A DNA stretch of 64,000 nt from Lama glama. Lineage: Eukaryota. Numbering within the stretch: position 1 is the stretch's first letter; each line of letters opens with the position of its first letter. The notes beneath the pieces were generated by a model. That model saw only the letters and a list, made by a program, of their open reading frames with translations, was not told where the DNA came from and did not search any database. Of this stretch, positions 25,620-39,799 are shown piece after piece. The stretch lies in NCBI GenBank assembly GCA_028534125.1, contig CM052817.1, positions 69,318,001-69,382,000 of the forward strand, written 5' to 3'. Both the position numbers and the translations under genes were made by a program.

Positions 25620-26450
25620 TAAACAGGTATTCCCCTCAGTACTTTAAAGATATTAGTTCTGTGTCTTCTGAAATCTACTGATGTTTCTAAGAAATCTTCT
25701 GCCACTGTGATTGCTATTTATTTATATGTAATCTGTCTTCACTCTCTAGGAGCCTTAAAAACTTTCCTTTATTCTCTCCCCAGATGTTCTGCAGTTTCTC
25801 TGTGATATTTTTAAGGAATGGAATTGCATTTATTTATCTTACTAAGGACCTGACAGGCTTTTACAATCAGAGGATTTGTAATATTTTTGCGATTCTTAAA
25901 AACTTGGAACCATAACATCAGGAACTTTTCCTCTCTCCCATTCTTTCCATTTTCTCCTTCTGGGACTCCTTTTAGACACATAGTAGAGTTTCTCATTTTT
26001 TCTTCCTTAAATCATAATTTGTCTTTTTTAAAAAAATCTCTGAGCTGCATTCTGAATGGCTTCTTCAGATTTATCTTCTAATTCCCTCATTACCTATATC
26101 CAATCAATGCTTTAATTCATCCATTGAGTTTTTATTATTATTTCAAGCCTGTATTTTTAGTTATAAAAATTACATTTGATACCTTTAAAAAATCTTTTTG
26201 ATCATTTTATCATACAGTCTTGTACTTTTCTTATGAATTTTATTGAAGTCCTTTTATCCTCTAACCTTTTAAATATGCTTGCTTTAAAGTCCCTTTCAGA
26301 ATGGATTCCTGTTACTCTAGTTCCTCAAGTACAGATACTCCCATTAATTGTATGTGCGCCTTTTCTCTCTTGGCAGTGAATTTCCTCCTGGATTTTGTAA
26401 CTTTTATCTCTAAGCTATCAATAGTGAGGAGGATTATTTTTCATAAGAAA
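25620..26450 (-). mobile_element. Ancient L1/HAL1 ORF1 remnant
   Basis: ORF 25811-25996 (LKGVPEGENGKNGREEKF) resembles the ORF1p RRM segment IIGVPEGEERENG. Confidence 0.7.
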
Positions 26451-26559
26451 AATGAATCTTGAATTGAAATACTCAGAAATTTTTATTTATCAAAAATGTA
26501 AATACTGGCTTTAGTTTCAGCTCTGACATTACTTCAGTTTGCAAGTGACCACTCTCACC

Positions 26560-28790
26560 CAGAAAAAAAAAAAAAAACCTGAACAAAATGAAAATCAATG
26601 ACTTTTCCTGGACATATAAGAGAACTGGTACCACATGGCAGACCTCTACACCCTCCCCCCACAGTTGAGAAACACACAAAATATAAAGAAACACAGCTGA
26701 GATCAACTCTGCTAAAGCAAAAGCCATTGGACCCACAGGCTGGTAGGAAAAAATTTTTATGTGATGAATTGCTTGAAGCAGAGTGTTGACTACCTTGAGA
26801 ATGAGAAAATCCTAGAGCTTACAGTCTTGGTGGGGCTGGGTGAACCCTTACCTGGGCTTTACCTCCAAAAACCCCACTATGTTTTCATGGTAATGAGCCA
26901 AGAAAAAGACTTTACCAGAGCTTTATCTCTCATAAACTCAAGGACAGTTACCCAAATCTAGCCCCTTTCAGCTTTCCTGACTTGAAAAAGGGGGGAAAGA
27001 TAAAAACTCGTGAAGATCACAGTTCAAGGACACAGGCCTAGTAAATGACTAAAAATTAATCATAAAATTACAGAACACTTTCCCCCCTCCCAACTTCTTA
27101 CCACCACATCAAGAGAGCTCCAGTATAGTAACAGTGGATTACAGTTTAAAGAGCTACAAAGCTCAAAGTCTATTTAAGAAAGAGTTCTTAGGGAAACCCA
27201 GCAATAGAAGACACAAAAACCAAAGACATTTGTGGAAAGTGAAGCTTCCATAGCCATTGGTTATATCAAGACATGTTACATTCAAACTGCAGAAAACCAA
27301 AGACAAACTCTTGAAAAAGGCCAGAAGGGAAAAAAATTCTCTTACATATACAGGAGAATAGATAAGAATTACAGTGGATTTTTCATTTAAAAAGCCATGC
27401 AAGCAAAAAGAGAATGAAATGAAATATATAAAGTGCTGGAAAAAAAAAGCCAACCTAGAATGTTCAGGGAAATTTATACTACAAAAGTGGAAGAGAAATA
27501 AAGATTTTCTCAGATAAACAAAATGGAGGGAATTCCTTGCAAACATACTTGCTCTGTCAGAAATATTAAAATAAGTTAAAGCTGACTACAGAACAAGGAA
27601 AGTTATCAGGGGTAAAGAGGTATGGTACATAATGAAAAAGGGGTCCATTCTCCAAGAAGATTTAAGAATCTTTAACATGTATGTATCTAACAACAGAGCA
27701 TCAAAATACACCAAGCAAAAACTAACAGAACTGAAGAGAAACAGACAAATCCATTGTTACTGCTGGAGACTTGAACATTCTTCTTTCAATAAACAATAAA
27801 CAAAGCAGGCAGAAAATCAGTGAGGATACAGATGAACTGAGTGAGTGTATTAATTAACTGGATCTAATTGACATAAGATAATCCTCAAGTATTTTGTAGT
27901 ACTAGAAATTAAGAAAGTGTTCCCCCAAAAGAAAACTACATTGATTGGGTATTTCTCAAAGGGATGGAAGCCAAACAAAAGAGATTCCAGTGGCCAAAGC
28001 TGGGACATTCTGAGTAACAAAAGAAATGAAGTGGTATTGTACTATAATCCAAAGTATAACATAAACATCCATGAGCACATACCGAAATAAATAATCAAAC
28101 ACATAAATGTGGGTGAAACAGCAGATCTATATTCAGAAGAATCCCAAATAATTTATGTAAGTACCTCACTCCCTAAGTGTGGATTGCACACACTAACTTC
28201 CTTCCAAAGCCTATAACATAAAAAAGAGAAAAATGTCACATCACGGTGGAAAAAGCTAACACTACCTCAGCCAGGTGCATGGTTAATATCAACAGTGATA
28301 AATCATGACTGTATGTACCCTTGACATGATGTGATGAAAATAGTACTTTCCTCTGACATCTTCCCCCTAAACTGACAACCCCAGTCCAATCACGAGAAAA
28401 AAAAACATCAGATAAATTCTAGTTGAGGGGCATCCTACAAAATCCCTGATTGGAACTCCTCAAAACTGTTGGGTCATGAAAAATAAGAAAAACCTGAGAA
28501 ACTGTCATGGCCAAGAGGAGCCTAAGAGCCATGACAAGTAAATGTAATATGGGATCCTGGATGGGATCCTGATACAGAAAAAGACATAGGTAAAAACTAA
28601 GGAAATCTGAATAAACTTAAACTTAGATAATAATATATCAATACTGACTCATTGATTTTAACTATATCAGACAGATAAAGAATTTAAGATATTAATGACA
28701 GAGGAAACTGAGTGAAGGGATATGTGAGCACTCTGAACTAAATATTTTTTAATTATGTGTAAATTGCAAACTTAAAAAAATAAACTAATA
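26560..28790 (+). mobile_element. Old L1MD/L1MC-like element, internally deleted (5' UTR, ORF1, endonuclease and 3' UTR pieces)
   Basis: ORF1-like 27270-27570. EN-like 27600-27875 (atgtatctaacaacagagcatcaaaatac ... ggagacttgaac). L1MD/MC 3' UTR 27950-28790 (ccaagaggagcctaag ... gggatcctggatgggatcctg). Confidence 0.8.
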
Positions 28791-29887
28791 AATTTTAAAT
28801 CAGATATTTCTATTTTTATCTATTATCATAACTTATTCTTACTTAGGTTAATTGCAATTTCCATACAAGTAAAAATTATGGATGATGCCATAAAACTTTA
28901 ATTTGTGATTATTTTTATTTTTTTGATGGTAAAAGAAGAGGGTCCCAGTAAATAAGAAATCTCTTCCTTTGCAATTTATCTTTCTTAGATTTCAGAATTA
29001 TAGTAACATTATGTAACAGGAAAACCAGCCTCGCTCAGAAATTTCTCTCAGTTACCTGCGATGCATGTTTACAGAGACCAGACAAGTCATGTTAAATGTT
29101 ACTTTTTCCTCTCTTTCAGAATCAGCATGGAAAAGACGTGCTAAAAACAGTACTGTACTAGTCTGCCAGTTGGAACACTGAATTCTCAAGCTTACTCCTT
29201 CTCACCTTTCTATTGTCAATATCACTACAGGTAGATCAATCTCTTTTCTTCTTATAGCCTAGTACACAGGATAGAAGGTAGACAAAAAAAGTTTAATTAT
29301 TGCCTAACTACATGAATGTACAACAATAATCATAAGGCCTTAATAAGATTGTCCAAACATGCAGAAATATGAACTATGTATTTAAAATCAATCAGGCAGC
29401 AAAATAAAGCAAGTTGACTTGAAATTGTATTTATAGTATTTTGTACAAGGAAAACCCATGTGCATGATTTGAAGTTGAAAGAGACAATGTTTAATATTAT
29501 AAGACAAATATTTGTTATTAGGAAAGTAAAAGCACAACACAGGGAAGTATAATGGTTTGAATTTTATAATTCCTGCAAGATCAAAAATCTTAGAATTTCC
29601 AAATGGAAAACTAACTCTAAAATTTGATTTTGTTTGTATCCATCCTCCCAGTTTCATGTAGCCTCTCCATCCCTGCACTGCACAAGCCCCGGGCATCTGC
29701 ATGTCATCTGTAATTCTTTCTACTGCTCATGCTGTGTCATCCTTGTTCGTGTGATGTTTTCCTTTAGTGGAAGATAAAAGCCCTTCCTGGTAGATGAAAC
29801 ATGTTCCTAGAACTAAAATGAATGGTTCTGAAGCCTATGGCTACAGTCTACTGATGCTTTCATTCACAAAGGAAACAATCATTCAGT

Positions 29888-30117
29888 GATAGATTGTGAG
29901 TTTGAAATTTGCAGCTAATAACTACGATATATAGAACAGATAAACAGCAAGTTTCTTCTGTATAGCACAGGGAATTGTATTCAATATCTTGTAGTAACCT
30001 ATAGTAAAAAAGAATATGAAAATGAATATATGTATGTATATATATGACTGAAACATTATGCTGTACACCAGAAATTGATACAATATTGTAAACTGACTAT
30101 ACTGCAATAAAAAAAAG
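29888..30117 (+). mobile_element. Young L1 3' UTR fragment
   Basis: Colinear with 2698-2925 and ends in AATAAA plus an A run. Confidence 0.9.
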
Positions 30118-31469
30118 CTCATATATGATTTTTTTTTTACTATCTCAACATGAAATACAGTGGAGTTTACCTAAACAAATGATTCCCCATCACCCCAGGA
30201 GCAACACATCAAAGCTTTAGCTTGTGCCTTCCTTATAAACTGCTTATTTTCTACTCTAAGTATTTCTTAGTGTAAGCATTCACTCACTCAGAAGAAATGC
30301 TTAATAACAGGATGTTTGGACATAGCACACTAATATATGCTAATTGTTCACAGCCTCTCATTTTCCAACATAATTACCTTATGTTGCCATTGTGATCTTT
30401 CTGCCCTACTATGAATATTGAGTCTGAGGAATTTCTATGATAACAAATAAACTGATGAAAATATCTTTAGTTAATTTTTAACCTGGTTAAGAAATGTTTA
30501 CCACATTTAAAACAGTTTTGGTAACATTGTAATGTTGGTTTGAGATCATTAAATTTTACAAATATATTATAAATAACATTTGTGTATAAAACTATATGCA
30601 GCAACACCACCATCAAGACAAACTTAAAGTAATACAGGGTCAATTTTAGAAACATGCACACAAACATATGTACATAGATCTTTATGTAGGAGGAAGAAAG
30701 ATGCACTTTTTAAAAGTATGAACATTTATTATGCTTGTCAACTTATAGGTCACACAACTAACTTCTCAAAAAGAAAGACTGTATCACCTTCATGGTAGAG
30801 TTACACCTATGTTCTCTTCACTCACCAACAATCATGCACACACAGAGAGAAAGGAAAGAATGAAACAGAGAGAGAAAATTGAAATTTTCACTGAACTTTG
30901 TTATATCAGAGCCTATAAAGCAAAAATAAACTGGCTATAGAAGTGTAGAGCAGAGCTCACTCTGATTTACCAGCAGCTCCCGCAGTATCACATACGACCT
31001 ATGACAACAGCGTCAAGTCCTTGCTACCTGATGCAGCAACACACATCAGCTCTAGCGAATCAGATAGGATCCAAGTTTCAGTCCTGCTAAATTTCATTAC
31101 TGTGGCTTTCGTCACCATAACTAAGGAGAGATGGGTAAGCATAAAAGCAGAACAAGACAAATAATAATATTTCCTAATTTCTGAGTGTCCATGCATCTTA
31201 GTCACTGTCTTGTAGACAGCTTCTAAGGAATATAATTGTCTCCACATAATTGCCTCATTCTAACCTCTGTGACACTATTACAGTCGATTTTCAGGTAGAA
31301 AAAAGAATTTGATCCCAGAAATTTCCCATTTATGTCAATATTAAGTGGTTTTAACTATAATGTTTACAAATTTCATATGCAAACTTAAATAATTATAGAA
31401 AATATCAAGAGAAAACTAATCACACAGGAAAGTCACACATGATGATGACAGCTGTGAAACAGTGGGCAG

Positions 31470-31690
31470 GGGAAGAAGCACTGAATTGGAGCCTGATATT
31501 TTATTCCTTTTCCACATTTACTAATACAGACTTTGGAGAAAATCTGTTAGATCTCTCTAAATGTGGGCAATGGTCCCTCTATAAAATAGAGACTATAATA
31601 TCTATTACACAGAATTGTTGTGAGTATAATATGAGATACTGTATATGAAAGTGTTTTATCAACTGTAATGCAATAGTAAATATATAACAT
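31470..31690 (+). mobile_element. MIR SINE
   Basis: ctctataaaatagagactataata ... agaattgttgtgagtataatatgagata. Confidence 0.65.
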
Positions 31691-31888
31691 TAAAATAGCA
31701 ACTCATGGTCCTTTATTCTATTAAAAATCAGTGAATAGCAATATAAAAGAATAACTTTAGCTCTTGGCACAATATCTGGTCTAACAAATTCCAATTAATT
31801 TAGAAATATATTTATGTCAAAATTACCCACTGAAAATGTATCAACAGCCTTGTATGTGAAACCAGTGACCCCACTGACATGTAGTATA

Positions 31889-32285
31889 TGTGGTTAGTCA
31901 TCATTTGCTATATTATATTGTGATAACCAAACTTCAAACCTCGGTGACTTACAACAAAGGTTTATTTCTCACTCACATGACATTTTGGCTACAAGTTAGC
32001 TGTGGACCCAAGTCATTATTCTCAAATCCAGGCAGAAAATGTGGTCCCAATTTGGGAAACATTCTTCTACAGGAAACAGACAATGGCAGTGCCATGCGAT
32101 GGCTCTGAAACTTTCTGCTCAGATATGGGATGTGTCCATTCTGCTCATACTCCATTTGTTAAAACTAGTCACACAGCCAGCACTGATGTCATTTGGGTGG
32201 GAGAATATTTCTCCCAAAGGCAGGGGAACCCGGGAGGGGTCCCTGTAAGCACCATATATTTTAAACAACCAATTCAGTCTGTCAC
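31889..32285 (-). mobile_element. MaLR solo LTR (MLT1I/J-like)
   Basis: gtgacttacaacaaaggtttatttctcactcacat ... aaactagtcacacagcc ... gtcaca. Confidence 0.75.
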
Positions 32286-33488
32286 ACAATAGATACACTA
32301 TAAATAGACACAATTATGCCTAAGGTCTTATCATTTTCCTACATACTCATTTTTTATGAATGGCCTGAAAAAAAGAAGTGAGAAACCTATAAAGAAATGT
32401 TTGAGTCACATCATGTAAAATAACATGGATAGAGAAGAAACAGAGTAGAGAATGGTGTTTTTCTAAAATCTTGCAGGTCTGAGTGTTAGTGGTCACCAGA
32501 ATGGACATTCATTGCTAAAGGAAAGGTGAATGGACTTTTAACCATTTCAACATGAAAAATTCTCTATGACTGCAGGTCTAAGCTCAGCCTCCCCAATTAC
32601 TAGCTATAAAACCTGGGAAATCACTACGTCAGTCTGAGTTGTCTCAGATGTCAAAATGCTGTGAAGGTGTTCACAAACACCTCAAAGGAGTTTGAAGGAG
32701 GGATGAAAGGCTACATAGAAAACTGAAGACAAAGAGATGCAGTAATCTCAAATCTAATTTGCTGCCTACAACTACACAGAATGGAAAGAAAACTTCAACG
32801 GGCTCCTGGTGGCCTGGATGGATTATCTCTTTGATAGGGTCTTTGAGTTTGTATTTACCAAAGTGGTCATTTGAGCACTGATTTCCTTGCCTTAGTAAAC
32901 CCAATGAGATAAGATATATAAAAGTTCTTTAAGCATGGTAAAAAGTATTAGAGCCTTGCCATCAGTTTAGCGATCTGCAGAAGGAGCAAACCATTTTCGT
33001 TATTTCACTTCTGTAAATTAGTAAATGTACTCCCTTGACTACAAAAGAATTTAATGCAATTTTAGCAGAGTACAGAGATGCCTACTGGGACCTGGTATCC
33101 TATGAATATTTAAACACAGTAAAGTTTCCTAAACAAGAAAAAGGCCTGGAATCAAAAGAAAAGCTATAAAGGAATGCACCGGTCTTGGGGCAACTAACCC
33201 ACAGGCCCACAGAACTGCATCACCTACTAAGCTAAGGATATGCCATTTGTAAGATATGAAGTTCACATACAAGTAAGCATTGGAGCTACTGTGACAAAAA
33301 ACCCAGTTTTAAAAGAAATTGGGAGCCTGTAACATATGAACACTTTTCAAAACCCTAAAACATAAAATAAGAAGTTCACCAATCAAAATAACAGCAAGTA
33401 AATGTATAAAATATATTGGCAAGATGTTATTGTGTGACTGGGCTATTTGTGCTTTGTGTACAGATGCAGGTGGAAAAAAACCTGCCAA

Positions 33489-33540
33489 ATAACAACAGCA
33501 ATAACAACAACAACAACAACATCGACAACAACAACAAAAC
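33489..33540 (+). repeat. (ACA)n microsatellite
   Basis: Direct reading. It explains the poly-Cys and poly-Thr pseudo-ORFs. Confidence 0.92.
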
Positions 33541-35699
33541 ATAGAGGAAGAGTCCAAAGGGCAGTTCTTTCATTGAAAATATCGAAGTATGCTGGACGGA
33601 ACATCTTTATGGCTTCCTTCTATCGATAAGTTACTTCTAGTTTGGGGTCTCCCTTTGGCCGGACCCTCTGACCAGGGTTAGATAAACTCTCATTTGACAC
33701 TTGAGACATTTGCTGGTGAGAAGTTTCACCTCTTGTCTCTTTACTTACTTTCCTATTTTCCCCACCTTTCTCTTAATTACCTTATTTCATTCCTTTCCTC
33801 CATCAAGGCTTTCAGTCTGTAAGGCTGAACATCAAACCAGGGCAGATAGCCTTTTAATAAGCTTTTTATAAAAACTGTTTGCCTAAATACAAGTTAAATT
33901 TTGGACAAATTTGATTTTCCTATAGTTTAAAATTAGGAAGCCACTGGCCGAGTCTCAGAGATCTTTTGCTGTGTAGAGATTTCTGCTCTATCCATGGTTA
34001 TTGGATTTGGCCCTTGGTGGTGTGTTCCAAAAGAGGCCAAATTTGGAAAACCTGGACGCATATATATAAAATACCAATGTTTCTGCACCAACTACAGGAA
34101 GCAATTACAAAAATATTTCCATAGTGATTGGATCCACGTGATTTTGATACAGGCTCACTTAAAGTTTGATTTCCTGAAAAAAAGACTGAGGCCCACAGAG
34201 GCTCATTTTTCCCTGAGATGCCTGTGTGTTTATAATGTATCAGAAAAAGAATATAGTAGAAATAAAACATTTCCTATTTTGAGTCTTTTATAATCTCCTG
34301 CAAATCTTCAGGGCAATGCTAAACTGAAATCTTGATCTTAGGGAACAAAGTGTCTCAATGGAAAATATCAAAATATAGCTAGGAGTAATAATTTAAGGGA
34401 AATTGGGTTTTCATTTGGTGAAAGAATATCTCTTCTTTTATATCTCTTAATGTTGTATTTTGTTGCCCTTTGTTTGAAATTACTATAATGATGACCCATT
34501 TACCATATTTTAAATACATTCTGTGTTAGGGACTGTATGTACTATCCAGGCAACAAACTCAAGGATAAAAAAGCATATGGCAAACACATGCTGGTGTTAT
34601 ACGTAATGGCGGTTTCACAAAATGAGAAGTAACATATACGTGAGCTGAGCAGGTGAAGTGACTAATGGTACGTACCATCTAGGCATTCAAGGCTTTTGCC
34701 CTTTGTTTCTTCTACTGGTTGTCAAAATGTTCACATAAGTCCTCATTGCATTCAGAAATACATTAATATTTAGACATTAATTCAAACACATTTTTTGTTA
34801 GAAAAGGACTACTCCTTTAGAATGTAAACAAAAATTTACAATTTTGCTTTTTGCATGAGGTTTTCTTAGATATAAATAGTAACCATAACTGTTTTTAGAA
34901 TTAATCCTTTCACAAAACAAAGATATCTTCTCAAATGTAAATTGGTTTGAAGGAAACAAAGAGTACTCAGTTAGAAAACCAATATATGAAACAGTCATTT
35001 AATCATACCTTCCTAGAACTAAAACAAAACAAAACAAAACTTCACTATGTAAGAGAATCCTTTTCATTTCAATGTCAAGCTTTATTTAACAGCATTAAGA
35101 GGTACTGGAATAGTATCTTGTTTTCAAATAGTCACATCAACCTATTTCTTAGATCTGAAGGAAACAGAAAAACTTACATTAGATTTGTTTTACTTAATTT
35201 TTGCTCTCTTTTGAAATCTGAAAATTTTTACCTTTTTCAATTTAAGCAAAAAACTCGAAACAGAGGAACTGGAGTAAAAGAGATCTCCTGGAATATTTGT
35301 GCATCTTCAATGAATTTGAATGAAACTAAAACTCTATTTCTGAAACTCCAACAGAAAATAATAATGTAAATACTTACACATCCAAGAATCACAAAAGCAC
35401 TCAAAATATTAATTACAGATATATTTAGCATATTTAGTCATTTCTAACACAAGTGACCATGAATTAGGAATATGCATATGTACACAGACACATATGTAAA
35501 AAAATATGTTAACACTTAAATTACCATTATTAGAACTGAAAATACTGCTTTGACATAAAAGCACAAAAAAATTATGTATTCCAATATTTACTTGGAGAAA
35601 TTTCTGATAGAATTCTTTTCGTGTTTGTTTAGGACAATGTTACTGCCTCATAAGTTCCTACATGAAGTATTATGACTTAACTTATCTAATTGCAACTTG

Positions 35700-36110
35700 A
35701 CACTTTAATCAATCTTCCAAAGTGATATCAGGGTATTACCGTGTCCTTCTGCTGAAACAGTTCCCCGTTTTCTGAGGATGAAATTCAAGTTGCTGGAGCA
35801 CACCACTCATGGGTTCTTATCATCTCACTTCTGCCAACATCTTTTCTTATTTCCTGTCATGCCCTTTCCTTACCTATTTCCTGTTGTCCAAATGATCGCT
35901 GTCACTCATATTTCTATGTGTTTTATGTGTTTATTTGTCTACATGTCATTTCCTTAATCTAAAATATTCTTTCTCCCCATATTAACCAAACTGAATCCTC
36001 ATAATATTTCAAGGTTCAGTGCAAGTCACTCCTCCTAGAAGTCTTTATGGACCACTTCTCCCTTCCTCTACTCAAATGTCCATTTCCAATTACCAGCTCC
36101 CTCACTGATG
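35700..36110 (+). mobile_element. L2 remnant
   Basis: tgaggatgaaattcaagtt ... atttcaaggttcagtgcaagtcactcctcctagaagtcttt. Confidence 0.65.
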
Positions 36111-37869
36111 TACACATAGCAAACTTCAAAAGACAAAAAGCCAACAGACTGCAACACAGAAAAATTATCTGCTGACCTGAATTAGTCATTACCTAATGCA
36201 AATCTGTCTTTGCTTTGGCTATCTTCTTGGACTACCCAACATGTACATGTACACATATACACCCCCCCTACACACACACACACGCACAAACATAAATGTG
36301 ACACTAGCACTGGTATTAGAGGCCCCATAAGGACCAAAGACCAGCAGGTGAGCACCAGCTACAACTGTCCCTGTTTCCACCATCTGTTAGCATCCCCACC
36401 CTTAGTTTCGCCACAGAGATAAGGTTATTTCATTCTGGCTTTCTTGGGTTACTATCCACTCTGCTTACTTATGGCCCCCTTTATGGAGGTGATATTCTAT
36501 GATTAATCCACAATCATCCTTTTTTACCACTGAGTCTTAAAATCTCTTACAAACACCACCCCAATTACTTTGGTATGGTTAGAATCACTACAACCCCTAC
36601 TTTCCTTGTGAGAATCATTCATATACTACTTCATGATCATCAAGGTGGCTCAAATCACTTTCTAAACATAGTTATGCATTAATTAGCTAGGATCACACAT
36701 AGTGAAGTCTGATGCTACATGTTCTGCTGCTAATCCACATCTACTTTAGGTTCTGGAGCTTCAACCAAATTCTGGAGTTAAACTAGACTAGAAAGAGCAT
36801 AATAGCTGCCTATCAATGTCAATCTCACCATTCAGCCAAAAAGAATCCCCATTTTATAAAACTGCCGTCTGATTATTTGAGAATTAGATGCAAGAATTAG
36901 GTTCCACCTTGAAAGAAGAAAATCCTTAACCAGGAGCGACAATAATTTTCAACCCTGAAAGATCCTACATGGTTTCAAGGTAAATAATGCATTTTCACAG
37001 GCACACAGAATTAGCCCGAGGCCCCTGCTGTGCTTTGCATGCAGTTTCAGTGGCGAAGAAAGAGGTCGTCTGAGGTCCACCTGTGTCAGCATCAGGCCAC
37101 ACATGCCCTTCCAGACAATGCGTGTCAGTGCTGACGTGCTTCCCGGGCCTGGCCCAGCTCCTCTTGTGGCCTGGAGTCAGACTGGCATCCCAGCTGAAGG
37201 TTTAACAAGTGCAGGGAAGGGGATCTAAGCATTTGGAAGCACTTACTTGGATTTTGTTCATGGCAAAGCGCTCTATTACTCTGGAAAGGGAGGAATGTGT
37301 CTTGTTTTTAGATAGCAAAGTGTTGGGATGCCAAAGACTAGAATGTGAAATGGAAAAAAAAGATGAATGCTGAGAAGAGAGTCAGTTTTCAGTGTCTGCT
37401 AAATAGAAATGAATGTGATCATCCTCTTGTGTTTTCCATTTTGCTTTTGAGACTGACAGAAGCTTTTTCGGTTAAGGGGGGATCTATGTAAGTGAGCCAA
37501 AAATTGAGTATTTTGGTTATGGAGGAGCTGAACATTACTTTGTCATTGTATTGTGTCATAAACCGATAGAAATTTTATGTTAGCACAGACTGATTTTTTT
37601 TCTGTTCAGGATTGAGTTTTCTTTGTAATCATTAAAAATGTAAAGGTGGACGGACCAGAAATAATAATTAATTAAATAACTTCACTTTCCTTCCCCACAT
37701 TAACCTTGCCAACCTTTAATCAACAGTATTCCCTGCCCACAAAATCCATAGAGATCTCCCTGAATTGGGTTTATTCACAGTGCAAGGATGCTTTATGAAA
37801 GGCACAGCACTGGGTCTATGTTGATTAAAATAACCTTCCTAAGTTTTAATCTTTTAAAGATTCCAGGTG

Positions 37870-37924
37870 AAAGAAAGAAAGGAAGGAAGGAAGGAAGGAA
37901 AGAAGGAAGGAAGCAAGGAAGAAG
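37870..37924 (+). repeat. (GGAA)n microsatellite
   Basis: Direct reading. Confidence 0.92.
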
Positions 37925-39799
37925 AATCGGATGTATAAATGATAATTTGAATATCTGGAAATCACACAAAAGGAAAATAACTTTAATTGCCTTTAGAAAG
38001 GATGGCTAAATTGTATTTAGAAAGGATGATTTTCACCTGTGGTAATCTTTATATGTCACTTATACACCCACTCAATGTATATTCCCTGATTATTTTACAC
38101 ATTGGAAGTAAATTTGGAGATGTTTTAAAGAAAAGACTAAAGAATTATCTAATCTTCCCTAGAATTTTAGAATGTCACCATCATTACAATTCTCCACATG
38201 ATTTTATAACTTTATTTTCATCATTCACTTTTTTTTCCCTTCTTCCCTGCAAGTAGAATCAGATAAGCGGGCAGATATGGGGCAGTCATGCACATAGTGA
38301 TAGTGGTAGGTTTAAGATGAATAATCACGGAAAGCTGTGGAGGACAGCAATTCTCTTTCTGACCATGCTGATCCTCAACCAGCAGAGCGCCAGACAGAAG
38401 TAATACATTACTACACTTGGAAGGAATAAGCCACATTTTTGGACCATATTTCTTTTAGTTAAGTTTTGTCTTCTCACTACTGCCACAGAGATAATTAGTG
38501 CAACTGGCTTTACAAACAAGGAAACCATGCCCCAGAATCAGCAAAAGTCATACAGCAGTTAGGAGCTAAGACTCAATTCCCTGTGCGTTTTCTGTTATGC
38601 CACGTTTTCTCATTATTCCATATTTTTCTTAAGGACAGAACCATGACATCGTAATGGAAGTCAGCGGTTTGGAAGAAAGCTTCTACTGTTCAAATCTGGA
38701 ATGTTCTCTCAGAGTAACAATTGAATCCAGAATATCCTCACAGCGACAACTGAAATCCATAATATCCACTGAGAGCAACAGATCAAAACTCAGTAAAAAG
38801 GCCTCTCAGTGTGATCTTGTCCCAAAGACCTCTGAGCTATCTGGACGAAGTACGGACACGGGAAGAGCTTATCTGAGACCTACTAACCAAGCATAAGGGC
38901 AGATCAAAGAGAGCATCCAACAGCCGATACTTTCAAAGAGTGAAATGGGTTCTGCAGACAAAAGGTGGCACTATTATTCCCTCTCCCCCTCATTTTCTCA
39001 ACCTTGGTCCCAGTTGTCTTCTTTCCAGCATTACTATGAAAAGGATCCTTTAGGGGCCATGATATGATGGCCCTGATGCTGAGGCTCTGATCTAGTGAAA
39101 ATGCAGAGGTCAGGTTGGGTTTCTGCATTGCTAACATTCAAACAAAAGGGACTTGGTGCACCAGCTGCATCCACTCTGCTTTGTAACCAAAGCCCATGCC
39201 CCTTGCACTCCTGACAGGGCCTGTTCCTCACTGCTCCATCTCCTCTTGTCATTATCAAAATGCTGAGTTTACTTCTCATTGGCTCATTTCCTCATTAGAT
39301 CTGCTTTTGGAATGAGTATCCAGCCATTATTGATCCACCTACTTTTCCTTGCTTGGAGAGGTTTGTTTTAATAATACTAAGAATTAAAAGTCTCTTGCAG
39401 CTAGGTCTTGTTGATCCATACAACAGTACTCAAACTGTTTTCTCAGGACAGAACACACTAAGCCAAAACACATTCAGTATATCTCTAATCACAACAATAT
39501 TCTTTAAAAATATCTTCCATCTGAACTTACGTAAAAGTAGAAATAGATCAATTACCTGATGAGGCACATTATGCAAACAAAATGTGGCATCCAAGGTGCT
39601 ATAAGAAAAAGGAAATAATCAAAGATCAGTAAGTATCTAAACAATGAAGAGACCCTCTCAGGTAACTATCTCCAAGAAGCCTTTTTTCTTTCCTCACTAA
39701 ATGCCAATCATATGTCTAAAATCCACCCCACCGGTGCAATACAGAGACATTCACAGCAGCTGCAGGAAGTGTTTTGTACTATTGGAGGACAGAAGAATT

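Noticed and set aside
33309..33629. Cys-rich (metallothionein-like) and Thr-rich ORFs
   Set aside because: They are translations of an (ACA)n microsatellite.
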